DNA of 64,000 bases from Raillietiella orientalis (Eukaryota): positions 1 to 64,000 of the forward strand of contig JAYWIR010000106.1 in the NCBI GenBank assembly GCA_036172245.1, in the 5' to 3' direction. Position numbers and translations under genes: made by a program. Below are positions 1 to 11,650 of the stretch, piece by piece. Below the pieces are notes generated by a model, which was not told the origin of the DNA, ran no database searches, and saw only the letters and a program-made list of their open reading frames with translations. The stretch's first letter is position 1. Each line of letters opens with the position of its first letter.

Positions 1-3000
1 CGGCTACCCCTGGCCTGGCTGGAACATCCGGTTATTAAGGATAGGATGAGAGCTCTCATCATGGCCACGATCATCAACTCGCTCTCAGATTGGGATTCCT
101 TCAAGAGGACATTACAACGGTTGTGCGAAGACCAACCAACGCAGAATCTCCCAATAGGTTTCGGGGAAGAGGATACTCTACCCTCCAACTATTGGCAAGC
201 TAGGGATGTCAGACACCGTATGGATCCCAGGAAGTTCGCCGAGTACCGAGCCAAGGTAGAGCGACAATCCTGGCAATCAGGAGTCACCACTCTGCTGGAC
301 GGGAACGGCAGGATCCTATCAGCAGCGAACGAGATCAAGGATGAAGTAAAACGGTTCTACTCCGCTTTATACTCCAGATCGACGCCTCAATACGGAATCT
401 TGCAGTTGCTCCTCCCCGAGGAACATCCTGTGATAGGGAACGAGGAGCAGTCAAGGCTCAATGAGCCATTTACAACAGATGAAATCCACAGGGCCCTAAC
501 AACCCTGAAACTAAGGAAGGCTCCAGGAGAGGACGGTCTTCCCGGGGGGTTTTACAAAACTTTTGCGGAAGAGCTGTCGCCCCTGGTAAAACAACTAGAT
601 ACAGTAATGCGAGCCACCGGCGATGCACCCGATTCCTTTCGCTCCTCCAAGGTGAGACTTTTGCCGAAGGGGGGGACCTCCGTAGCTTGAATAGCTGGCG
701 TCCGATCACGCTCGTGAACACGGACGTCAAGCTATTCTCAAAGCTGTGGGTGACAAGATTGAGATCGGTGGCGGACCGAATTATCTGCCCGGAACAAAGT
801 TTTGCGGTACCCAGGGATGTATGGAGTCCAACCTGATCCAAGCCCAGTCGTGGTTCCACCTGCAACAATGGATGCAAAAAAGAAGAGCCGCACTAGCAAC
901 AAGCCTCCTCCAGCACGAGGAAATGGAGGGGGGTCTGGCGATAGCAGTAGACTTTCAAAAAGCCTTCGACTGCATCGACCCGGACCTACTGCTCCACTTA
1001 ATTGAAAGACTGGGACTCCCTCCCGCCCTATTCGAATACTTGCGCGCGACCTGGCGCAGAGCGATAACTAACATCTTTTTCAGTGGACGCTTTTTGCACG
1101 GAGTTCCGGTAAGTAGAGGCATCAGACAAGGAGGCAGCCTTAGTCCCTTTCTGTTTGCCATATATTTCGAGCTGGTATTGAAGGCTTGTAAGATCGCAGT
1201 TGCGAACCTACCTTCCAAAATGCGCATGCGCTCCAATGCTATCGGCATAGGCCGACGACCTTCTTCTTCTGCTACCTGACTCCACCCCCGCGGCCAAGAT
1301 CGAACTATTATTCGATCTGATCCAGGAAGGGACGGGCCTGAGAGTCAACATCCATAAGTCTGTGGTGGTCCCTACGAACGCTGCGTGGGTCGGACGCTCG
1401 GACTGGCAAAGCTTAGGTATCCAGATGTGCAAGCATATGGAATACCTAGGCATCCCGCTGGGGGCTTCTCGAAAGAGAAGGTCTGGTCCGAACGCCTCCG
1501 TCGTTCCGAAAAGGCGCTGGCTCCGTTCAGAGGCGGCAAATTCCTGCTACTGGAATGAGCCTTCATCTACAACACCTATGTCGCCCTTATTCTACGCCCG
1601 GTCCTATTTTCCTGCCCTCCCACCAAGAAAGGCAAACGGCGCGAAGACCGGAATATCAGAAAACTTCTATGGGGAGAAGGCCGGACCAGGGTGCGCCCTA
1701 AAGACGCGTGTGACCGGAGAGATTGGGCCGGCCTGAGCATAAAAACGCTCAGAACTCAGCAGGTGGAAACTCTTTTCCGCACCCTACTTTTCCTCCACGT
1801 TCACTGGAAGGACCATTGGTGTAATCCAATCAAAAATCCTCTTGTCCGTGCGACGGGCACTCGGGGACTCGCATCATTGTCGACGGTCGCAACCCCCCGG
1901 GGAATCGGCTACCTTTTGTCCCAGGTAATACAACTCATCCTAAGGTGCAATTGGATGTCCTGTAAACACGGAAATTTCTTGGCCTGGCGGCAGGAATCCC
2001 TGAAAACATGGATCCACCTGCATGGCAATCCACCAAGCGCATCGACACTCCCGGTATTCATGAGCAAGAGACCTTTGAAAGACCTCATGAAATTTCCGGA
2101 AAGAATTCCTCGGTGGCTGAAGGCACCGCTAAACACCTTCTGGACAGAGCTGAGAACCAATAGAGACAGTGACCAGCAGCCGAAATGGGAAATATCCTGC
2201 CGGATGGGGGATCTAGTCGTCCCACTCCTATCTCTGAAAGCCGCAAAACTAGCGACCAAAGCAACAGCAGGACATATGGCACAAGGCCTCAAACGTTGAG
2301 TCTGACTTCTAGGTATCCTCTTGACCGAGCTCTACATACCGCAGAGGTGCACAGACAGCACCCTATCCCTTGCGACGAGAAACCATACATTTCTACTTCT
2401 GAATTTGGGGCTTCAAAGCAACGCGAGAAAATTTCACAAAAGCGTCGGAAATATTCCCCCGCACAGCAAATACTGCGGTGTGAAGGAAACCCTGACCCAC
2501 CTGCTCATGGACTGCCCGTCTAAACGACCCCAGTGGAATCGTCTACGGCAGGCAATTGGTCTTCCAAATGAAGAGCCGAAACAATTAATGCGCAGATTTT
2601 TCTTACGCAACTGCCTCTCGGATGCAACGGTGCTGACAATTCTGTGCTTTCTCCACGGCATCACGAAGGCGAGAACTCAACTGGAGTTACACCAACGGAG
2701 AATCTCTGTATGGTGCATCGCAACCCCATAATTCCGAAACGCCCAGAACCGGAACTCTCTCCCAATCGCCACACGTAGATCTGGCGAACCTCTAACAATC
2801 CCTTAACATTAGGAGATCCGGTCTAGTCACAGCCCCCCCAAAAACCCCCTACATTTCCCCATTTTCAGCCCCCCCCACTTTCCCCCATACACCCCTCCAT
2901 ACCGGCCCCTCCACAACATATTTAGGGCTGCTTCCCCCCCCCCCAATTACTACTACTTCCAGATCCCAACTTTTCTACAAATTGTATGTTTATTTTCGTA

Positions 3001-3022
3001 ATAAACGCCCGGCGCAACCGGG
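1..3022 (+). mobile_element. L1/Tx1-like non-LTR retrotransposon, family 1: 3' part (decayed ORF2 RT, C-terminal zinc finger, C-rich 3'UTR)
   Basis: RT motifs are spread across frameshifted ORFs: KAPGEDG (46..690), then AVDFQKAFD and GIRQGGSLSPFLF (746..1279). YADD is mutated to tag-gcc-gac-gac at ~1248. YLG lies at ~1443 and CGVKETLTHLLMDCP in 2321..2731. A C-rich tract (2820-2945) is followed by AATAAA at 3000 and a small hairpin. Confidence 0.93.
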
Positions 3023-3158
3023 TAGAAACGAAGGGAGAGAACGCGGCGAGCGCACGTTTTCTTGCGGAGCTCCGTTTTCTCTTAACTTTTCGATATCGAC
3101 AGTGTAGAGTGCCGACTCGTTCTGACCACAACCACTGAAGTGGTGCACGCCTAGAACG

Positions 3159-4529
3159 ATGGATGCGGAATCCATCATGGCGTCCACCGAACCTACGCCG
3201 TCCGGTAGCGGACTGGCGGCTGCACCGCCCTCAGGAGCCGAGCGTTCCTGGAGTGATGTGGTGACGGCTTCAACCATCAAGGGCCCACCTCTGATGGAAG
3301 CCGAACTTGCCGCCTATATCCAAGAGGGGTAGAACCCCCTTATCATCTATAAGGTGAGACGGGAGGGTTCTAGACTAGCTGAACAGGAATTCTGTCGAGA
3401 GCTCACTCGTGTCGGTGTTCGCGAGGGTGACCTAAACGGGCTTTTGCCCATGAAAATTACAGGACCCTGGGGCGTCTTCTGCAAGGAAGTGTCGCTGGCG
3501 CAGCGCCTTTTGCAAACCGCGCTTTGCGTGAATGGCGCGAAAACGCTTCCCATCACGGAGGATCGTTCTTTAGTGGTGGAACTTAGTGCGATGCGTCCCG
3601 GCATCAGCGAGAGCAGCGTTAGGGAAGAACTCTCAAAATACGCTACCGTCTACGCGATGTGGCGTAAAAACCTGTCTAGCGACGGTTTCAGGAAGGTGTT
3701 CACGGGTATCCTTTCCACCCGTATCTCTACAACAGAGAAAGGAAGCCTCCCTTACTCGTTGCAGGTGGAGGGAACCAGGGTAGACCTCCGGTTTGTTGAC
3801 AAACCTCAAGTGTGCGGGGTATGCCATCAGACGGGGCATCCTCAAACAAGATGCCCGTCTGTGCGTTGCTCAGGGTGCAACCAATTAAGCCACACTCGCT
3901 CATGGTGCCCCTGGCGAAAGATCAGAACCCCTGCCAAGGATGGCCTAAGGATGAAAAAGGGCGTAACGGAGATCACATCAGCCTCCGAATCATCAGCATC
4001 GCCGGTGGCTATGACCGGCCCTCTAACTACGGAGGAAATCGTCGAAGGGTGGAAGGTGGTTGCGCAAGCGAGCAAACCGCCACACCCCACATCCTCCGGA
4101 AAAAGCAGCCAGCGACACCACTCAGGAGGTGCTCACGTCACAGGACACGGACGGGATCGCCCGTCCCCTAGGGAATCACTTCAGGGCGCTGAAGCCCCGA
4201 ACACCGAGACGACCAGAAGACGTCTTGCCTCAGGGTGTCAGGAGGTAGTTCTGTCCGATTCGAATGCGGAAACCGAAATCTGCCAATCCTCGGACCAACA
4301 AAACATTGCCATTCTGGGCAGATATGGCAAGAGGCGGAAGTGCGAACCGCGTTGCAGCTCAGGAACCCGTGACCAGGTTAGGGCGCCCAGGTGTCTTCGG
4401 TGTCAACAAACGCCGAAGTTACCGCAACTCCTGAACAGCCAATCGCGGAAACCGCGAGCGGTAACGATAACGCGGACGCAGTGGCCGCCCCACACTAGTG
4501 GGAGGGTCCAGATAACACCAATCCCTTAA
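3159..4529 (+). pseudogene. LINE ORF1 (type B; gag-like, two CCHC knuckles) with one premature stop
   Basis: ATG at 3159 is in frame with ORF 3354..4529. A TAG at 3330 replaces the Y of EGYNP. It carries an SWSDV N-terminal motif and the knuckles CGVCHQTGHPQTRC and CSGCNQLSHTRSWC. Confidence 0.88.
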
Positions 4530-4737
4530 TCCTCGAGGCTGCTGGTCTAGAGACACGCAGTGGAACAAACGCCTGCAAGATCGCGGGACCCGTAGAGCTC
4601 GGAATGCAGGACGGAGAGATAGCATCCCCCGTTTGAGCTTCTAAGTGCGGAACAGGGCTAGACAACCCCACCCCGAGATCGCACGAACACACATCGCTCC
4701 CAACGGAAGTGAAGGAGATCCCCGTCTGCGATTCTGA

Positions 4738-5160
4738 CGACTCACACAGCAAGGCAGCGCCTTAATCTTCTGCTTCATGCGGGCAACCGTAGTAGCACAG
4801 GAAGAGCGGGGAAAAAGAAAAAGGTCATGGATCTTCTCACTATGTCTCCCGCTCGGGAAAGCGGCGGCAAACTTGAGGTTACTCAACCAAACAGACAAAC
4901 AAGAACTCCATGAATTTACACGTAGGCTTCGAACCTCCCGCTCCACGATGGCGTTCCAAATATCCCCCCTCCCTCCCTCCCACAGCAGGAAACCCGAACC
5001 CCCCCACAAAACCTCGATTCGTTCCCCACCCCGCTAGTCCCACGCACTTTAGCGGGACAACCAACCGCAATAAATACACGATGGACTTAGGACAAGTTTA
5101 CTGACAAACAACGAATGTGTGAGAACAAGTACAATAAACGTACCTGTGCACCCGTGTATT
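4738..5160 (+). mobile_element. LINE family-2-like ORF2 C-terminal tail plus 3'UTR
   Basis: LIFCFMRATVVAQEE...LGKAAANLRLLNQTDKQEL aligns with LICFIRAALTERE...LATAATKWCFLNQQEKKEL at ~21320-21450. A C-rich tract and AATAAACG at 5133 follow. Confidence 0.75.
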
Positions 5161-5280
5161 AATTCTCCCCCCCAAGGGCGCCGAGGAGGACGAACAAGAT
5201 CTACAGTACATCGATAGCAGCAGTTTCCTTTTAGTGAAGTGTGTGGAGGTTTGGAACCAGGTGGAGGTTCCCCCTCCGTA

Positions 5281-6120
5281 ATGGTGGATCCACCGAAGGA
5301 GGCCGCTTCTGCGGCTTTCGCAGTGGAGGCCGCAGTAGCGAAGACCTCAAGATCCTGGAGTGAAGTCGCGACGGCAGCGGAGGTCGTCGGACCCAAACCG
5401 GACGATGCTGAGGCTATGGCCTATATGGAGCAGGGCTACAACCCAACGCTCCTATACATGGTAGGCAAGGATTCTTCCGAAGCCATTTTTGGAGAATTTG
5501 CCGCGGAGTTCACGCGGGTCGGGGTGAAGGGAGAAGATCTCCTCTCATTGATGCCTCTGGGGAGGACGGGGATTTGGGAGGTACGCTGCAAACGCGCGCA
5601 ACTTTCCCACGCTCTTTTGAGGACCCCGGTGCGCATCAACGATAGGAGAATATTCCCTACCTCGGAGGATCGCTCGTTCGTGATCCAATTGCGAGGCGTG
5701 CCTGCAGAGGCAACGGACGCCGAATTAAGGGAAGCTCTAGGAGCACACGCAGATGTATTCGCTGTATGGCGTAAACCTAACGCGCAAAGCGGATACATCA
5801 ACGTGAATACCGGTATGGCATCGGCCAGAATCTCTGTCGTGGTCAAGAGCCGACTACCCGTTACGATCAATGTGAAAGGTGCCACGGTGCATACGTGGTT
5901 CATCGGGAAACCGAGAATATGCGGTTACTGCGGTGAAACAGGGCACCTAATGCGAAGATACCCAAAGATCAAGTGCCGAAGGTGCGGCACAGAGGGTCAC
6001 ATCGGTAGAGTGTGTACCCAAAAACAAAGTATGCCTAGACCGGCTATTAGGAGGCCGGTTATGGTAGAAGGAACTTCGAGAACCCGACATCTCTGGAGGA
6101 GGCCGCATCCGCGGCTGTAG
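5281..6120 (+). pseudogene. LINE ORF1 (type C), 3'-truncated copy
   Basis: Close paralog of 6123..7490. The first knuckle is damaged (CGYCGETGHLMRRY). The copy switches into a second copy at ~6097. Confidence 0.88.
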
Positions 6121-6122
6121 CA

Positions 6123-7490
6123 ATGGAGGCCGCAGTGGCGACAACTTCGAGATCCTGGAGCGACGTTGCGGCGGCAGCGAAGGTCGTGGGACCAAAGCCT
6201 GAGGATGCGGAGGCTCTAGCCTACATGGAGCAGGGATACAACCCAACGCTCCTATACAAGGTAGGAAAGGCCTCAGCCGAAAATGTTTTTGGAGAATTCG
6301 CCGCGGAGTTCGCGCGAGTTGGTGTAAGTGGGGATGATCTTCTCTCCTTGATGCCTCTGGGGTGGACGGGCATGTGGGAGGTACGCTGCAAACGCGCGCA
6401 GCTCTCGCACGCTCTCCTAAGGACTCCGGTTCGCATCAATGGGAGGAGAATGTTCCCGGTTTCGGAGGATCGTTCCTTCGTAATACAGTTGCGAGGTGTG
6501 CCAGCGGAGGCGAACGACGCTGACATACGCGAGGGATTAGGAAGGAACGTTGAGGTATTCGCTGTGTGGCGCAAACCCAATGCGCAAAGCGGATACCTTA
6601 ACGTGAATACGGGCATGGCGGCGGCCAGAATATCTGTTGAGGCCAAAACGCAATTGCCCGTTACGATTTCTGTGAAAGGTGCTACGGTGCACACGTGGTT
6701 TCTCGGGAAACCAAGAATATGCGGTTTCTGCGGCGAGACGGGACACCTAATGCGAAGGTGCCCGAAGATCAAGTGCCGAAGGTGCGGCACAGAGGGCCAC
6801 ATAGGTAGAGTGTGTCCTCAAAAACAGCGTAGGTCTAGGCAGACTACTAGGATGCCGGCCAAGGAAGAAAGAACTTTGAGAACCCAACATCTCGATGAAT
6901 CCCCTCAGGTCGAGGCCGGGGATAAAGACGGTTGGGTTCTCGTGAGGAGGAAGGAAAGGCCGGAGAAGGCCCGAACGGTGGCACCAATAACTGGCAAGAA
7001 GGTAATAAAGGCGAAACCCCAGAAGGTAAGGCCCAATACCGGAAGCCAGTTGGTGCAGAAGACAAGCACATTCCCTGTTAAGGAGGCAGAGGAAGAGTTC
7101 AAGGAACAGCCCGCGAGCACGCCAGAGAGCGTGCCGAAGGACTCAGAGGCTATGGAGGTCCAGGAGGACAAGAAAAGGCCCGAGCCCGTGGTTGCAGAAG
7201 CAGAGCCTTCAAGGGTCGCTATCTTCATTGCCCCCAAGAAGATCACGCGCAAAGGGCGCGCTCAACTGGAGGACTCCGATGTTGAGTCTGAATGCAGCTC
7301 GAAGGAGGATTCCTTCAGAGTGACAGGCAGGCAGCCTAAGGCACGCAAGTGCCAGGGTGAGGAACCCGATACCATGGAAATACCATCAACCTCAAATAAT
7401 TGTGAGGAGATGGAGACCATGTCCGGGTCAACGCCCCAGGAGGGGTTGTTAATTGAAGAATTTTCAACCCCAACCCAGATGGATTGCTAG
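6123..7490 (+). CDS. LINE family 2 ORF1 (type C; two CCHC zinc knuckles, charged tail)
   Basis: Open 455-aa ORF containing CGFCGETGHLMRRC and CRRCGTEGHIGRVC, directly upstream of ORF2. Confidence 0.9.
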   Translation: MEAAVATTSRSWSDVAAAAKVVGPKPEDAEALAYMEQGYNPTLLYKVGKASAENVFGEFAAEFARVGVSGDDLLSLMPLGWTGMWEVRCKRAQLSHALLRTPVRINGRRMFPVSEDRSFVIQLRGVPAEANDADIREGLGRNVEVFAVWRKPNAQSGYLNVNTGMAAARISVEAKTQLPVTISVKGATVHTWFLGKPRICGFCGETGHLMRRCPKIKCRRCGTEGHIGRVCPQKQRRSRQTTRMPAKEERTLRTQHLDESPQVEAGDKDGWVLVRRKERPEKARTVAPITGKKVIKAKPQKVRPNTGSQLVQKTSTFPVKEAEEEFKEQPASTPESVPKDSEAMEVQEDKKRPEPVVAEAEPSRVAIFIAPKKITRKGRAQLEDSDVESECSSKEDSFRVTGRQPKARKCQGEEPDTMEIPSTSNNCEEMETMSGSTPQEGLLIEEFSTPTQMDC

Positions 7491-7495
7491 CCTCC

Positions 7496-10400
7496 ATGCG
7501 GAAACTCGAGATAGCTGTGTGGAATGTCAACGGGCTATCCGAGCAACGCAAGAGGCTAGCAATCGCGAAGACCCTAGAATCTTTCGACCTCGTACTTCTC
7601 CAGGAGGTACATCTGGTATCACACGAGATAGCACGGGATGTCGAAAGGATTACTGGGTCTGAAATGTTTTGGAGGAGCGGTGCCCTCCACACGAGAGGAG
7701 TGGCATTTCTCCTGAAGCCTAGGGTAAAGCGAACCCTGATAAGCATGCGCTTCGACGACAGGGGCAGAATTGGACAATTAACTCTAAAATGGTCACGAAA
7801 CATAGACCTCAGGGTTACCAATATCTATGCCCCTAGCAGCAACACACCAGTTCCTGAAAGGATCGCGTTTCTGCGAGACCTGAAGGAGAACTGGTGGTCG
7901 AATTGTAACGCCACCACGGCCCAACTAGTCGCGGGGGACTTCAACCTTCCACTCGCGCAAAATAGCAGGAAAGGAGGCCCGCTTTGTGCACACTGGCGCG
8001 ACGCGCTGGCCAGCATACACACAAAGAACGTATTGGACTGCAGTGTGGAGAACTCCAAGGCAATTGACCATGCCTTCCTCGACGAGCACCTGCATGGGCG
8101 GGTCAACAGGAGAGGTAGGATACGGTCAATATTATCCGACCACCCTAGGCTGGAGCTGGAGACTCTACCCAGGAACAAAGGCCCTGGGTTAGACATCTGG
8201 AGGATGCCAAGCGGTTGGTGGAGGACCAGGGATGTCAAAGAACACATGAAAGACTTCCTGAGCTCCCAACGAATTACGAAAACAGATGACTGGGATATAC
8301 TCAAGGAAGGCATACGCGACTTATGCTGCAGGTTCCCTCGGTCCGAGCTCCCTAGGGGCTTTGGCGAGGAAGAAATAAGACCCGTATACCACTCCTGCTT
8401 GGGACAGGTATACTGGCGGCCAAATATGCAGGAGCTCTCCCTGTACAAAGCGCACAAAGAACGTCAGGCGCTTCAGAGGAGTGCATGCACACTCTTGAAC
8501 CATCAGGGAGAGGCAAGGAAAAATCCCCAAGACATCATTGGGATCGTCCGCCGCTACTACACGGCGCTATACAGCGAACGGGAGATAGACTGGCAAAGAG
8601 CACAGTCTTTAATAGAGGGGGAGGTAGCGAAGCTCGATCCGGAGAGCGAGCATACACTGAGCACCCTGTTCACCCCAGCCGAGATTCTGGAGGGAATAAA
8701 ATCCCTCAAAAAGAGGAAAGCGCCCGGCGAAGATGGAATCCCGGCGGAATTTTACCGCTGTTATGCCGTGGAACTAGAACCTCTCATATCCCAACTTGCA
8801 AAATGCATGTGGGATACAGGGAAGGTTCCAACATCTTTTCGCTCTTCCAGGATGAGACTGATCCCGAAGTCGGGAGATCTCAGGTCTCTAGCAAACTGGC
8901 GCCCCATCACCTTGGTGAATGGGGACGCCAAACTATTTTCCAAGTTGTGGGCCAACAGGCTCAGAAGGCTGGCAAGCACCCTGGTAAACAGCCAACAAAC
9001 ATACGCGGTACCTGGTAGGAGCATGGATCTCAACCTGATCCAGGCATACTCCTGGTACGCTGCAAGGGGTTCGCAGGGTCATATCGCTGTGGCGGTAGAC
9101 TTCGCGAAGGCCTTTGACTCCGTCAACCAGAAGGTGCTTTTAGCGCTTCTGGAACGCATGCGCGCACCATCGGCGCTTCTGGCGTTTCTGCGCGGCTGCT
9201 GGCGGGGAGCGCAAGTCAACATCTTATACGGCAGCAGAACGATCTACGGAGTTCCAGTGAGGAGGGGCATCAGGCAGGGGGATAGCCTCAGTCCTCTCCT
9301 ATTCAGCTTATACTCCAATTTGATCGTGAATACCTGCAAGTCTAAATTGTGAAGTGACCCCTCCAGGGTGGGTCCCACATCCCCAGGGATATCGGCCTAC
9401 GCCGATGATCTACTTTTGCTCCTTGATCCCGCAACCCCCCCATCGGCACTGCAACATCTGTACAAAGAGTTGCACCGTGGAACGGGACTTCAAGTGAACG
9501 AAAGCAAAACTTTAGTACTGATCAAATCGCCGACTGCTCAGCAGACGGAAACCTGGACATAAGCCGGTATGAAGATTACCTCCCGTTTACAATACCTGGG
9601 TGCTCCGATAGGCAGTATTAATCAGGTACAAGAATGGAGAAAGGTGCATAGCACAATAGAGAACTCCCTGGCCACGCTAGAAGATCTTGAACTCCTTCTC
9701 CCGGAGCGTGTGGCAGCATGGAATTCATTCCACGCTCCTAAAATGAGAGCACTTCTATTCGTTTGTCCCATTCCCAAGGGGATGCGCAAACTCTTCAGAG
9801 CTGCAATGCGCAAGGCCCTTTGGGGAAACGGGCGATCTCGAATCAGGTTGAAAGACCTGGGAACATCGAAAGTCAAAGCGGGACTCGATCTCATTACACC
9901 GGAGATACTGAGCACCCAAATTTCATTAAGAATGCTGGAACTCGCCGCAGAACAGTGGGAGGAGCACTGGTTTCAATATGCGAGAGAAATGCTGCAGTCT
10001 GCATGCGGTAGCACCAATCTGGCGTGCTTGGCCGCACCAGGAACATCAAGCAGACTTTTAAGCCCTCTAAAGGAGATGTCCGCCCTGCTGACAAAACATC
10101 CGCAATGAAAATGCAGGCAGCAGAACTATCAAGCGCTACGGACGCTTACAATTGAATATTGGCTTCGCCTCAACGGAGAGGAAGAACAGTCACTACGTCA
10201 AAGGCTTCACCGCCTAAGAAAGATGACAGTCGCGCAGGTGGAGGAATCCTCGAGAGCTAGACTCAGATGGTCGGGTTCCCTGCTTGCCCAAGAGTGCTAC
10301 ACTCTAAAACATCGATGCGACTCTGCTTTACCTGCAAGGTGGTCCGTCACAACAAATACGGGCGGATCCAATCTTTCCACGCGACGCTGCAGGTCGTACC

Positions 10401-10900
10401 AGATAGCAGCTGAAATCCAACCAGCGAAAATCCCGGAGGGATTCAGAAGGTGGCAAAAATACTAAACGTGCCCCCCAGTGTCATTGCCACACCAACAATG
10501 CTCCATGAGGACAGAGGGATACCTCTCAAGGCCCAACACTCCCTGGGACTGGTCATACATGGGGCAGTTCCCAGGAACGCCCAACTGATACACCTCAACC
10601 CGCACACAAGCAGCGCAAACTGCAGCAGATGTGGCCAAAAAGAAACATTGGAACACCTGCTGCTGGACTGCGAAGCCCTACAACAGGCATGGAAACAGGT
10701 TGCAGAGGCAATGTTAATGCCTCAGGATACTGCGAGGGACCTACTCTCTGACTCTTCAGTCCCGACAGGCTAACGAAGCCGTGCAGAACCTTGATGTTCT
10801 GTTTCATCCGGGCAGCCATGATAGCGTGGGCGGAACAAGAAAAGAACAAGACCAGGAATTTTTTACAGATATGCCACACGCTAGGAAAGGCCACGAAAGC
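7496..10900 (+). pseudogene. LINE family 2 ORF2: APE endonuclease, RT and C-terminal zinc finger; few lesions
   Basis: APE motifs: WNVNGL, LQEVH, NIYAP, GDFN, IDH, SDH. RT motifs: WRPITL, VDFAKAFD, QGDSLSP, YADD, YLG. In-frame stops lie at 9350, 9560 and 10106, followed by frameshifts. Zinc finger: CSRCGQKETLEHLLLDC. Confidence 0.95.
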
Positions 10901-11513
10901 GGAGGGAGTATAAACCCCAACTGTGACTACTGTGGAGGGATAGACACCCTGCTCCACATACTGATGTATTGCCCGGCGAAACAATCCAATGGAGTCATCT
11001 CTGCCGGTTAATTGGACTTCCAAACAAAGATGCCAGAAGAATAACGCGCCAATTTTTCGTGCGCAATGGTCTATCGGATACTGCGGTGATGGCAACCCTT
11101 TGCTTCCTTCAGGGCATAACAAAAACCAGAATACGCCTCGAGGTAGACCAACGCAGAATCTCTGCGTGGTGCTTCGCAGCACCATTACTCCGTCATGCCA
11201 GGAGACGGACATCGCTTTTTATTCCCGCCACACGTACAGGACTGGCGTGTTACATCGAAAAACTAAATCTAAGGAGGACCGGTCTTGTCGAACATTGCCA
11301 TTTCACCCCCAGCCCCAACATAGTTAACCCTCTCCTCCCCCGTCCCCCACGAACATCTCTCCCCTTCATGCCCACCCAAAGGTCCTATCCCCAGCAAGGT
11401 TCCTCCAAATCACAGACGGGAAGGCATATCACCCCTCCCTTTTCACGCTTCCATCTTACCTTCAATGAAAATTGTACGTTTTGCTTGAAAAATACGTCGC
11501 GGCGCAACCGGGT
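10900..11513 (+). mobile_element. LINE family 1 3' end (zinc finger, C-terminal tail, 3'UTR)
   Basis: CDYCGGIDTLLHILMYCP...FFVRNGLSD...QRRISAWC matches 2321..2731. It ends in ggcgcaaccgggt, as at 3011-3023. Confidence 0.85.
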
Positions 11514-11650
11514 ACAACAGCCGGCATGTCCGTAGAAGGGAACGGATGTGTTTTTTCGGAGTTTCGTCCCCTCTCCATTTTCGTATAGCGAGATTGTGTA
11601 TAGTGCCGGCCCGCTTTAGCCACATTCCTCGACGGTGTCCACGCCGTGGA

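Noticed and set aside
2997..3023. LINE terminal hairpin as a Rep-nicking origin
   Set aside because: gtaataaac only partly resembles the nonanucleotide and lies outside the loop. It is better read as a polyadenylation signal.
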